Source of the DNA: an uncultured Lachnospiraceae bacterium
Lineage (GTDB): Bacteria > Bacillota > Clostridia > Lachnospirales > Lachnospiraceae
Length of the DNA: 64,000 bases
Direction: 5' to 3'
NCBI GenBank assembly: GCA_947626395.1
Contig: CANQRU010000004.1
Span: 21,524 to 85,523 of the forward strand
Both the position numbers and the translations under genes were made by a program. Each line of letters opens with the position of its first letter. Position 1 is the first letter of the stretch. A model generated the notes under the pieces. It was not told where the DNA came from. It was given only the letters and a program-made list of their open reading frames with translations, and ran no database searches. This document shows positions 28,742 through 38,072 of the stretch, piece after piece.

Positions 28742-28825
28742 AAGCGAGTATTTTGATTTTAAAGCCTACCGCATTTTCTCACACGCGGGAGCCGCGTGAA
28801 TAAATCATTCCTGGAGGTAACCGTA

Positions 28826-29122
28826 ATGACCATCAACAAAACGCAGCAGGGAACCCGGCTCACGTTTGCGCTGACCGGACGTCTGGACACCAACACCGCG
28901 CCTCAGCTGGAGACGGAGCTTAAACGCAGCATCGACGGCGTCACCGATCTGACCTTTGACTTCGCGGGACTGGAATACATCTCTTCCGCGGGACTCCGCA
29001 TACTTCTCTCCGCGCAGAAGACGATGAATAAGCAGGGCAGCATGACCATCCGCAACGTCAACGAGACCGTCTCCGAAGTGTTCGATATTACGGGCTTTTC
29101 CGAGATCCTCACCATTGAATGA
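28826..29122 (+). CDS. STAS-domain anti-sigma-factor antagonist (RsbV/SpoIIAA-like)
   Basis: GRLDTNTAPQLE, LEYISSAGLR phospho-acceptor motif; 98 aa. Confidence 0.93.
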   Translation: MTINKTQQGTRLTFALTGRLDTNTAPQLETELKRSIDGVTDLTFDFAGLEYISSAGLRILLSAQKTMNKQGSMTIRNVNETVSEVFDITGFSEILTIE

Positions 29123-29125
29123 CCT

Positions 29126-32100
29126 ATGAATATGAACAGAATGAACAAAGAACATACATATGGGCTGACGGCCGCGCAGAGGGAGATCCTGCTCGGCGAA
29201 AGCATTTCCCAGGAGGCCGCTTTCAGCGTCATCTCCGTGAAGCTGATGATCGGAGGACATGACGCCGCAGAAGTTAAGGCCGCCGCCGACCGGGTGATCT
29301 CCTCGGCGGATATTTTCCATGTATCCCTTCACGGCGACGGATTTGTGCAATGCGAATCACGCGATTCCGTCATACTGCCGCCAATGTCCCGCGGTGAAGC
29401 GGAAGCGTATACGGCCCGCCGCGATACCGAGCGGATGGATCCCTCCCGAATGATCTACGAAGCAGAGGTGATCCCCACGGACGGATACGTCCTGCTCTAC
29501 GTCCGCTTCCACCACATCATCATGGACGGCAGAGGGATGTGCCTCTTCGCCCAGCGTGTCCTGGACGCGCTGGAGGGGAAAGCGCTCAGCGATTCCCGCT
29601 TCTTCACGCCGGAGGAGGAGCCGGCGCAGGAGCAGGATGACTACTGGGCGCAGGTCTTTTCGGATTTTTCAGACGGTACCTCCGTCTTTTCCGGGGAACC
29701 GGCGGGCTTTGAGAAGCTGTCGCTCCCATTTCATCTCGGAGCGGTTGCGGACGGCGCGGCGCGCTTCGCGGATGAAATCGGCGTCCACGTGCCCTACGTC
29801 TATCTGGCGGCGCAGGCGCTTTATCTGGCACGGGCTACGGATTCCGACGAAGCAACTGTCCTGATGTCCCGCCTTAACCGAAACGCGGCGACAGCGGAAA
29901 CGCTGGGCTGCTACACCCTGGTCGTGCCCGTCCGTATCCGGCTTAAAGGATGCGAACATTTTTCCGATCTGTGCAGGCGGGCGCAGGAGACGGCGAAAGA
30001 AGCGTCCCTCCACAAGGGCGCGGGCTTTTCTTCCATCGCCCGCGCGTCGAACGTCAAGGGCGCGTTTTCCGAATACGGATTCAATTACTACGATTTCAAA
30101 CTGCGGACGGAGACGGACTGTACGCTTTCCCTCTCCGTCGCGGGCGCGCTTAAGAACCACCTCGTCTGGAACCTGTTCGCGGGCGGCGAATGTACGCTCG
30201 ACGGCCGCGCAGGGATTTACGATGAGGAATCCGCCCGCTTCTTCGCCGACGCCATGCGGCGTATCCTGGAAGACGGCGTGAAGGACATGCCGCTTGAGGA
30301 AATCCGCACGCTGGGCGCGGAGGAGCTTTCCCGTCTGGAACAGATACACGGAGAGGAAATGCCCTTCGGGCAGGACGAAACGATCCCCTCGCTGCTGCGA
30401 AGCACGGCGGCCGCATGTCCCGACGCTCCCGCCGTCTACGCGGGAGACAAAAAGCTCACCTTCAGGGAGCTTGACGAGCAGTCGGACAACATTGCCCGCG
30501 CGCTCATTGACCGGGGCGTAAAGCCCGGAGACCGGGTGGCCTTCATGCTTAAGAGAGACATCCGCCTCCTTCCCGCGCTGTTCGGGATCTCCAAGTCGGG
30601 CGCGGCGTTCATCCCCGTGGATCCCGCCTATCCCGAAGACAGGATCCGCTACATCCTGGAAAACAGCGAAGCAGCGCTCCTTGTCACATCGAAGGACACC
30701 GGCTCCGGCGCGGATATCGACGAACTCCTTATGGGCGGAGTTTCCCCGCTTCCTGACATTAAGCAGGACGCGCTGGCCTATCTCATCTATACGTCGGGCA
30801 CGACGGGCAGGCCCAAGGGAGTCATGCTCACGCACCGGGGCATCGCGAATATCGTAAAGCCGGAAAACAACCCATTTAACCGATATTTTACGAAGCACTG
30901 CAAGGGCCTGACGGCTATCGGCTCGGTATGCTTCGATATTTCGCTGTTCGAGTTTTTTACCGCCCTCTTCAACGGGAAATTCGTGGAACTGGCGGACGAG
31001 GAGGGGATGTTAAACCCGGAACGGCTGGCATCGTGCATCCTCGCCCACAGGGCGGACGCGCTGCACTGTACGCCCTCGCGGCTGGCCAGCTATCTTAGGA
31101 ACCCGCAGTTTCTCAATGCGGCGGAGGGCGTGAAGGCTGTTCTCTCGGCGGGAGAAGTCCTTCCGCAGGCGCTTGTAATCTCTCTCAGTGAGCTTGGAAT
31201 TCATGTTTTCAACGGTTACGGCCCTACAGAGGTTACAATCGGGGCCACGATCACCGAGAGCGGCGATATCCTGTCCATCGGCAGGCCCATCGCCAATACC
31301 GGAATCCTCATCCTCGGCGAAAGCGGCCGCCTACTGCCCTACGGGGCGGCCGGCGAGATCTGCATCTACGGGGCAGGCCTCGGACGCGGCTATTTCAAGC
31401 GGCCGGAGGAGACGGAGAAACGCTTCACCGAGAGGCACGGGAAGAACGTGTACCGCACGGGAGATCTCGGCCGGCTCCTTCCCGACGGAAGACTCATCTA
31501 CATCGGCCGGAGCGACCGGCAGGTCAAGCTTCGGGGTCTTCGAATCGAGCTTCCCGAGATCGAGAACGCCATGCTTTCCTTCCCCGGCGTCACGCAGGCG
31601 GCGTGCCTCGTCAAGAAGAGCAAACACAGCGAACACCTTGCCGCGTTCTACACGGCGGACAGGGAACTTTCCGGCGAACTGAAAGAGCACATTTCCGGAA
31701 CGCTCACCGCCTATATGGTGCCCGATATCTTCAAGCGGCTGGACGCCATGCCGCAGACGGCGGGCGGGAAGACCGACTATAAGGCACTGGAAAAGGAAGA
31801 CGTAGACTTCCGCAAGGCATACCGCGCCCCCTCCGGCGCGCTGGAGACCCTGATCTGCAACGGAATGGCGGAAGTGCTCGGCATCGACCGCGTGGGCGTG
31901 GACGACGATTTCTTCGAGCTGGGCGGCGATTCGTTGGGCGCGATGGAGCTTATGCTCTCCATCGAACAGGGCAACGGCGGAAAAGCGCCGGAATACAACG
32001 ACATTTACCGCTATCCCACCCCCGCGATGCTGGCGGAGTACCTGGCGGGAGAGCAGACCCAGGAACTCTATCCGCTGACAAATCTTAACTACGAAGGGAT

Positions 32101-33223
32101 CGACCGCTTTCTTAAGGCGCGCCCCCGCACAGAGAAACCGGCCCGGCGCATTCTTCTGACCGGCGCGACGGGCTATCTGGGCAACCATATCCTGGCGGAA
32201 CTTCTGAAGCACCCGGAGGTGGAGCACGTCTACTGCCTCGCCCGCTCCAAGAGAAAGGTAACGGCCGAAAAGCGCATCCAGAGCACCCTCTTCTACTACG
32301 CCGAAGACGACTTTTCGGAGGGTGGCAAATGGTCGGCGGTGGAAGGGGATATCTCCGATCCCGCGCTCTTTTCGGAACCCTTCGACGAAAAGATCGATCT
32401 TATCATCAACTGCGCCGCGAATGTGGCCCACTTCGCCTACGGCGACGCGCTCTCCCGCGTCAACGAGACCGGAGTGAACAATCTCATCGCCTACGCCTTA
32501 AAGACCGACGCCCGGCTCGTACAGATATCGACGATAAGCGTAGGCGGCATGGCGGAAACGGCCCGCGCGAAGGATATGCTCTTCACCGAGAACGATTTCT
32601 ATGTGGGGCAGAAGATCTTCAACGAATACATTTACACCAAATTCAAGGCGGAATACGCGCTCCTGCGCGCCGCGGCGGATAAGGGGCTGCCCGTTCAGAT
32701 CATGCGGGTAGGCAACCTGCAGGGACGAATCTCCGACGGCGAGTTCCAGATGAACCTGCGCTCCAACGGATTCACCCGCCGTCTCTCCGCCTATATCGAT
32801 ATCGGGGCCGCGCCCCGGTCGCTCTATGATTCTACGGTGGAATTCTCCCCCGTGGACGAGGTGGCGGGGATGGTCCTCGCCCTGACGGAAAGCGCGGAGT
32901 GCGGCGCGTTCCATGTCTGTCCTCCGGCAGAGACGGCATTTTCCCGCATCTTCGATCTTCTACGGCAGCTTGGCAAGCCGGTGGAGATCATCTCCGACGA
33001 GGAGTTCGCCAGGCTGATACAGGACTTAAAGGCGTCCGGCGAAAAGAGCGGTTCAGTGGAAATGCTCTCCATCGAACGCGGGAACGACGCATACAGCGAT
33101 ATTCCTTTCTCCCGCGCGTACACCGTGGAGCGGCTGCACGCCCTCGGGCGGTCATGGAAGGAGATCACCGATGAATATCTTGAAAAATATCTGACGGCGT
33201 TAGCCGGTATGGATATGTTCTGA
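29126..33223 (+). CDS. Single-module NRPS, C-A-T-R (terminal thioester reductase)
   Basis: C: HHIIMDG; A: YTSGTTGRPKG, FDIS, NGYGPTE, YRTGD, GRSDRQVKLRGLRIE, GGK; T: LGGDSL; R: LTGATGYLG, YIYTK. Confidence 0.93.
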   Translation: MNMNRMNKEHTYGLTAAQREILLGESISQEAAFSVISVKLMIGGHDAAEVKAAADRVISSADIFHVSLHGDGFVQCESRDSVILPPMSRGEAEAYTARRDTERMDPSRMIYEAEVIPTDGYVLLYVRFHHIIMDGRGMCLFAQRVLDALEGKALSDSRFFTPEEEPAQEQDDYWAQVFSDFSDGTSVFSGEPAGFEKLSLPFHLGAVADGAARFADEIGVHVPYVYLAAQALYLARATDSDEATVLMSRLNRNAATAETLGCYTLVVPVRIRLKGCEHFSDLCRRAQETAKEASLHKGAGFSSIARASNVKGAFSEYGFNYYDFKLRTETDCTLSLSVAGALKNHLVWNLFAGGECTLDGRAGIYDEESARFFADAMRRILEDGVKDMPLEEIRTLGAEELSRLEQIHGEEMPFGQDETIPSLLRSTAAACPDAPAVYAGDKKLTFRELDEQSDNIARALIDRGVKPGDRVAFMLKRDIRLLPALFGISKSGAAFIPVDPAYPEDRIRYILENSEAALLVTSKDTGSGADIDELLMGGVSPLPDIKQDALAYLIYTSGTTGRPKGVMLTHRGIANIVKPENNPFNRYFTKHCKGLTAIGSVCFDISLFEFFTALFNGKFVELADEEGMLNPERLASCILAHRADALHCTPSRLASYLRNPQFLNAAEGVKAVLSAGEVLPQALVISLSELGIHVFNGYGPTEVTIGATITESGDILSIGRPIANTGILILGESGRLLPYGAAGEICIYGAGLGRGYFKRPEETEKRFTERHGKNVYRTGDLGRLLPDGRLIYIGRSDRQVKLRGLRIELPEIENAMLSFPGVTQAACLVKKSKHSEHLAAFYTADRELSGELKEHISGTLTAYMVPDIFKRLDAMPQTAGGKTDYKALEKEDVDFRKAYRAPSGALETLICNGMAEVLGIDRVGVDDDFFELGGDSLGAMELMLSIEQGNGGKAPEYNDIYRYPTPAMLAEYLAGEQTQELYPLTNLNYEGIDRFLKARPRTEKPARRILLTGATGYLGNHILAELLKHPEVEHVYCLARSKRKVTAEKRIQSTLFYYAEDDFSEGGKWSAVEGDISDPALFSEPFDEKIDLIINCAANVAHFAYGDALSRVNETGVNNLIAYALKTDARLVQISTISVGGMAETARAKDMLFTENDFYVGQKIFNEYIYTKFKAEYALLRAAADKGLPVQIMRVGNLQGRISDGEFQMNLRSNGFTRRLSAYIDIGAAPRSLYDSTVEFSPVDEVAGMVLALTESAECGAFHVCPPAETAFSRIFDLLRQLGKPVEIISDEEFARLIQDLKASGEKSGSVEMLSIERGNDAYSDIPFSRAYTVERLHALGRSWKEITDEYLEKYLTALAGMDMF

Positions 33224-33236
33224 GAAGGAGGTTATT

Positions 33237-34688
33237 ATGGATCTTAAAATCATTGCACTGTGGACGTTTGCGGTATTTCTCGCGTCGGTATTCAGCGCCG
33301 TTCTCACGGGCATCACGCTTACGCCCAGATACAAGGGACCGGTCCGCGCCGCGGTCTGGGCCGCGGGAGCCGTCGTCGGCTACGGACTTGCGTTCCTGTT
33401 CTACTGGCTGGACCTGACAAACGATATTTTCGGGATCCTGGGACTCTCCGCCATGGTATGCGCGATCGCCCAGTTCCTGTACCGCGACACCTGGTCTACC
33501 AAGCTCTCCGTCGCACTCATGGGATGCCTGGTGGGCAACGTCTCGACGTTCATGCTCTGCGGAACGACGGACTCCCTGCTGGCGCCCGTTCTGGGGCTGA
33601 TCCGGGAGAGCCCCTACGAGGTTCCCAACCTTCTGTTCTTCATCGGGATCAAGGTCGTCGTCTACGTGGTGATCGCCGTGCTGTACGCGCGTTTCCTGGA
33701 AAACCGCCTGCATGCGACCATTGAGACGGTGAGCGGCAAGATGGGGATTTTCGTGCCTCCGCTTTTGATCTCCGTGGTTGGCTTTTACGTGATCAACCTT
33801 ATATCCAACGCGGCCGGCATTTTCCCCAACCACCCGCTCTTCTTCCCGCTCTATCTGACGATGTGCATCATCTTCGTGGTCGAATTCTGGATGATCTTCT
33901 ATTCGGTCAACCAGAGCGCCAAGACGATGAAGACAGAGGCGGAGCTTTCCGTCGCAGCCAATATTCAGAAATCCATGCTGCCCTGCATCTTTCCGGCCTT
34001 CCCGGACCGGGAGGATTTCGACATCTACGCGACGATGGACCCCGCTAAGGAGGTCGGAGGCGATTTCTACGACTTCTTCATGATCGACGAGACCCATGTG
34101 GCGGTGGTCGTGGCGGACGTTTCAGGCAAGGGAGTGCCCGCGGCGCTTTTCATGGTCATCGGCAAGACGCTCATCAAGGACCACTCCATGACGGGCGACG
34201 ATCTGGGCGCGGTGTTTTCCGCGGTCAACGAGATCCTGTGCGAAAGCAACAGCGAGGGACTGTTTATCACGGCGTTCGAAGGCGTTTTAGACCTGGTGAC
34301 AGGCGAACTCCGCTATGTAAACGCGGGGCACGAGATGCCCTTCCTCTGCAGGCGCGGAGAAGGCTACAAGCCCTATAAGATCAAGCCGGGCTTCGTACTC
34401 GCGGGAATGGAGGGGATCCCGTACCACGCCGGCTCGCTGACCATGGAAGTGGGCGACAAACTCTTTGAATACACCGACGGCGTCACAGAGGCGACCGACG
34501 CGAACAACCAGCTCTACGGCATGGAGCGGCTTGAGAAGATCCTCAGCGACAATAAAGACCTGGCGCCCGCGGCCCTGCTGCCCGCAGTCAAAGCCGACAT
34601 CGACGCATTCGTGGGAAGCGCGCCGCAGTTCGACGACATTACGATGCTGTGTCTCGAATATAAGGCGAAACCGGAGGTGCGGCCATGA
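33237..34688 (+). CDS. Membrane-bound PP2C/SpoIIE-family Ser/Thr phosphatase with ~7-TM N-terminus
   Basis: EVGGDFYD, ADVSGKGVPAAL, YTDGVTEA, FDDITML; seven hydrophobic segments in first ~225 aa. Confidence 0.92.
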   Translation: MDLKIIALWTFAVFLASVFSAVLTGITLTPRYKGPVRAAVWAAGAVVGYGLAFLFYWLDLTNDIFGILGLSAMVCAIAQFLYRDTWSTKLSVALMGCLVGNVSTFMLCGTTDSLLAPVLGLIRESPYEVPNLLFFIGIKVVVYVVIAVLYARFLENRLHATIETVSGKMGIFVPPLLISVVGFYVINLISNAAGIFPNHPLFFPLYLTMCIIFVVEFWMIFYSVNQSAKTMKTEAELSVAANIQKSMLPCIFPAFPDREDFDIYATMDPAKEVGGDFYDFFMIDETHVAVVVADVSGKGVPAALFMVIGKTLIKDHSMTGDDLGAVFSAVNEILCESNSEGLFITAFEGVLDLVTGELRYVNAGHEMPFLCRRGEGYKPYKIKPGFVLAGMEGIPYHAGSLTMEVGDKLFEYTDGVTEATDANNQLYGMERLEKILSDNKDLAPAALLPAVKADIDAFVGSAPQFDDITMLCLEYKAKPEVRP

Positions 34689-35092
34689 AGGAACTCACGA
34701 TCGACGCATCGGTCGAGAACACGCCTGTGGTCATCGACTTTGTGAACGAACTGCTGGAGGAATCCGGCTGTTCCATGAAGATCGAAGCCCAGATCGACGT
34801 TGCCGTTGACGAACTTTTCAGCAATATCGCCCTCTACGCGTATGCTCCTTCATCCGGAGCGGCCACTGTGCGGGTAGAATTCCGCGGGGAACCGCCGGCG
34901 GCGGTGATCACCTTCATCGACCGGGGCGTTCCTTTCGACCCGCTTAAGAAGACGGATCCGGACGTCACCCTTTCCGCCGAGGAGCGTAAGATCGGCGGAC
35001 TGGGCATCTATATCGTTAAAAAGAGTATGGACAATATGGAATATGAATACAGGGACGGGCAGAACATTTTAAAGATCACTAAGAATTTCTGA
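34685..35092 (+). CDS. RsbW-like anti-sigma factor / Ser-Thr kinase (HATPase_c)
   Basis: AVDELFSNIA N-box, DRGVPFDP, GGLGIYIV G-box; start overlaps PP2C stop. Confidence 0.92.
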   Translation: MKELTIDASVENTPVVIDFVNELLEESGCSMKIEAQIDVAVDELFSNIALYAYAPSSGAATVRVEFRGEPPAAVITFIDRGVPFDPLKKTDPDVTLSAEERKIGGLGIYIVKKSMDNMEYEYRDGQNILKITKNF

Positions 35093-35107
35093 GACCGGCG
35101 TGGCGGA

Positions 35108-35196
35108 ACGCTGGACGATTAGGAGTTCATGAACATTTTCATCGACGGGGCACGCGAATTCAGCAGGTGCCCCGTCGATGTTTATGCTGAGAAAAT
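35108..35196 (+). pseudogene. Degenerate 89-bp fragment of the downstream ABC permease gene
   Basis: 76/89 identical to 37767-37855; in-frame TAG. Confidence 0.8.
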
Positions 35197-35491
35197 CTTC
35201 GGAATGAACTTCGTCGGAAAAAGCTTGCACTTTTCGCCCATCCGTGATATGCTTAAAGTCCTTTCGCCTATCGCTGGAGACGCGCTGTCAACACGCTTTC
35301 CTGCATACAGGCGCAGTACAGAATGTATGCCGCTGGCACACGTTCTGTCTGGAAATATAATAATCTGGTTCGCTCCTTGCGGAGCGCGCCGGACCGACTT
35401 GGCAAGATATAACATTCAAGCGGCCTCAGACGGCTGTCTTCTTGCGCGGCCTTTGGCCGCACAAGAAGCATCGGATGTCCATCCGATGTGA

Positions 35492-35548
35492 AAAGAGGTA
35501 TAAGAGCATGCTTATAAGCAAGCTTAACGCATGCTCTTATATCTCTTT
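35492..35548. promoter_or_regulatory. Long inverted repeat in leader of ABC exporter
   Basis: 20-bp arms AAAGAG(G/A)TATAAGAGCATGC, 1 mismatch, 17-bp loop. Confidence 0.5.
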
Positions 35549-35599
35549 CCCCGCCGTCTGAACTGTAACGTTCTATAACTACCAGGAGGAAGCAAAACG

Positions 35600-36394
35600 A
35601 TGATTACGATGGAACATGTGTGCAAATCGTACCGGATTGCAAAAAGAAACGCAGGCTTTCGCGAAGCCTGCAGATCCCTCTTCCACCGCGAAACGGAAGA
35701 GATCCAGGCGCTTAAGGACGTAAGCTTCACGATCCGCGACGGCGAGATGGTGGGCTATATCGGCCCCAACGGCGCCGGTAAGAGCTCTACGATCAAGATC
35801 TTAAGCGGTATCCTGACCCCCGACAGCGGGACGGTCCTGGTGGATGGCCGGGTACCGCACCGCGACCGGATCGCTCATGTGAAGGAGATCGGCGTCGTCT
35901 TCGGACAGCGCTCCCAGCTGTGGTGGGACGTGCCCGTCATCGACTCCTTCGAACTTCTGAAGGACATCTATACGATTCCCGACAACATTTATAAGAAGAA
36001 TCTGGAAGAACTGACCGAACTGCTGAACCTGGGGGAACTTCTGCGCTCACCGACGCGGCAGCTGTCCCTGGGCCAGCGGATGCGCTGCGAGATCGCCGCG
36101 TCCCTGCTGCACAGTCCCCGGATCCTGTTCCTGGACGAGCCGACCATCGGGCTGGACGCCGTGTCGAAGCTGGCGGTTCGGGAATTTATCCGGCGGCAGA
36201 ACCAGCTGCACAAAACCACCGTGATCCTGACCACCCACGATATGCAGGACATCGAGGCCCTGGCCAGCCGCATCATTCTGATCGGCAAAGGACATATCCT
36301 GATGGATGGGACCCTGGAAGATATCCGGCGCGGCGGGGAAAATATCGACGAGACGGTAGCGGAACTGTACAGAAGCTACGACATCGCGAACTGA
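35600..36394 (+). CDS. ABC-2 exporter ATP-binding subunit
   Basis: GPNGAGKS, LSLGQ, LFLDEPT, TTH. Confidence 0.95.
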   Translation: MITMEHVCKSYRIAKRNAGFREACRSLFHRETEEIQALKDVSFTIRDGEMVGYIGPNGAGKSSTIKILSGILTPDSGTVLVDGRVPHRDRIAHVKEIGVVFGQRSQLWWDVPVIDSFELLKDIYTIPDNIYKKNLEELTELLNLGELLRSPTRQLSLGQRMRCEIAASLLHSPRILFLDEPTIGLDAVSKLAVREFIRRQNQLHKTTVILTTHDMQDIEALASRIILIGKGHILMDGTLEDIRRGGENIDETVAELYRSYDIAN

Positions 36395-36410
36395 AAGGAG
36401 ATTCCGCCAA

Positions 36411-37214
36411 ATGAAAAAATACCTCTCCTTCTTCCGCCTGCGCTTCGTCCTCGGCCTGCAGTACCGCGTCGCGGCCCTGGCCGGGATCGCCACCCAGTTC
36501 GCGTGGGGTTTCATGGAGATCATGATCTTCACCGCGTTTTACCGGGCGGACGCGGACGCATTTCCAATGAGCCTTTCGGCCACCTCGTCCTACATCTGGC
36601 TGCAGCAGGCGTTTCTGGCGCTCTTTGCCGCATGGATGATGGACAATGAGATCTTCGATTCCATCATAAATGGCGGCATCGCCTATGAACTGTGCCGCCC
36701 CATCGATATCTACAATATGTGGTTCTGCCGGAACGCGGCCAACCGTCTGGCACGGGCCGTACTGCGGTGCATGCCGATCCTTCTGGTCGCGGCCTTTCTG
36801 CCGGAACCTTACGGGCTTGCGGCTCCGGCCAGTGCGGGACATTTCCTGCTGTTTCTGGTCACACTGGTTCTGGGCTTTGCGATGACCGTGTCCTTCTGCA
36901 TGCTGATCTACGTAATGACCTTCTTCACCATATCGCCCCAGGGGCTGCGGATCCTGTTCACCTCGGCGCTGGAATTCCTCACAGGAGGCGTGATCCCGCT
37001 GCCCTTCTTCCCGGACAATGTCCGGCAAGTCATGGAGCTTCTGCCCTTCGCAGCCATGCAGAACGTGGCCCTGCGGATCTACAGCGGAAGTATGAGCGGT
37101 TCGGAAATGCTTAAGGCCGTAACGCTGCAGCTGTTCTGGCTCACCGCCGTCACGGCGGCCGGGAAAATGCTCTGCCGGATGGCCGTCAGGCGCGTAGTCG
37201 TGCAGGGCGGCTAA
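36411..37214 (+). CDS. ABC-2 family permease (DUF990 type)
   Basis: 6 TM, GGIAYELCRP. Confidence 0.88.
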   Translation: MKKYLSFFRLRFVLGLQYRVAALAGIATQFAWGFMEIMIFTAFYRADADAFPMSLSATSSYIWLQQAFLALFAAWMMDNEIFDSIINGGIAYELCRPIDIYNMWFCRNAANRLARAVLRCMPILLVAAFLPEPYGLAAPASAGHFLLFLVTLVLGFAMTVSFCMLIYVMTFFTISPQGLRILFTSALEFLTGGVIPLPFFPDNVRQVMELLPFAAMQNVALRIYSGSMSGSEMLKAVTLQLFWLTAVTAAGKMLCRMAVRRVVVQGG

Positions 37215-37241
37215 GTAACCATTAGAAAGGAATATAACCTC

Positions 37242-38039
37242 ATGCGTAACCTTTCAAGTGCAATCAAACTCTACAGACACTATATCTCCATCAACATCCG
37301 CTCCATGATGCAGTACAAGACGTCGTTCTTCCTCACCGCCATGGGGCAGTTCCTGGTGTCCTTCAATGTATTTCTGGGCATCTTCTTTATGTTTAAGCGC
37401 TTCTCCGCGGTGGACGGTTTCTTCTACAGCGAGGTTCTCCTCTGCTACTCCATCGTCCTGCTGGAATTCTCCCTGGCCGAGATGTTCGTCCGCGGCTTCG
37501 ATACCTTTTCCGGCATGGTACGCACCGGCGAGTTCGACCGCGTGCTGGTCCGCCCCCGCAATGAGATCCTGCAGGTTCTCGGCAGCAAATTCGAGCTGAC
37601 CCGCATCGGCCGCATGCTTCAGGCTGTCGTCATGTTCATCTACGGCATTACCAGAAGCGGCGTCGCCTGGACATTTCCGAAGATTCTGACCGTGGTCTTC
37701 ATGCTGGCCGGCGGCACCGCCGTCTTCTCCGGCCTGTTCATCATCTACGCCGCCCTCTGCTTCTTCACGCTGGATGGTCTGGAGTTTATGAACATTTTCA
37801 CCGACGGGGCCCGCGAATTCGGCAAGTACCCCGTCGGTGTCTATGGTGAGAAAATGCTTCTGTTCGCGACATTTTTCGTACCCTACGCGCTGATCCAGTA
37901 TTATCCGCTGCTGTTCATTCTCGGGCGCCGCACGGCCCCGTTTTACATCCTGCTGCCGCTGGCCGCCTTCTGGTTCCTGATCCCGGCGCTGGCGCTGTGG
38001 AAATTCGGGGTGCGGCACTATACGTCCAGCGGGTCATGA
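37242..38039 (+). CDS. ABC-2 family permease (DUF990 type)
   Basis: 6 TM, GEFDRVLVRP, FGKYP, YTSSGS C-terminus. Confidence 0.88.
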   Translation: MRNLSSAIKLYRHYISINIRSMMQYKTSFFLTAMGQFLVSFNVFLGIFFMFKRFSAVDGFFYSEVLLCYSIVLLEFSLAEMFVRGFDTFSGMVRTGEFDRVLVRPRNEILQVLGSKFELTRIGRMLQAVVMFIYGITRSGVAWTFPKILTVVFMLAGGTAVFSGLFIIYAALCFFTLDGLEFMNIFTDGAREFGKYPVGVYGEKMLLFATFFVPYALIQYYPLLFILGRRTAPFYILLPLAAFWFLIPALALWKFGVRHYTSSGS

Positions 38040-38072
38040 AGAGCAGGAGCGGCAGACAGAACGCACCGATCA

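Noticed and set aside
29126-33223. Assigning a named product or amino-acid substrate to the NRPS
   Set aside because: The manually read pocket matches no code I can recall with confidence; it needs software and assays.
35129-35491. 120-aa ORF as a real gene
   Set aside because: The first ~24 codons are the permease relic; the rest has no recognisable motif and runs through leader hairpins.
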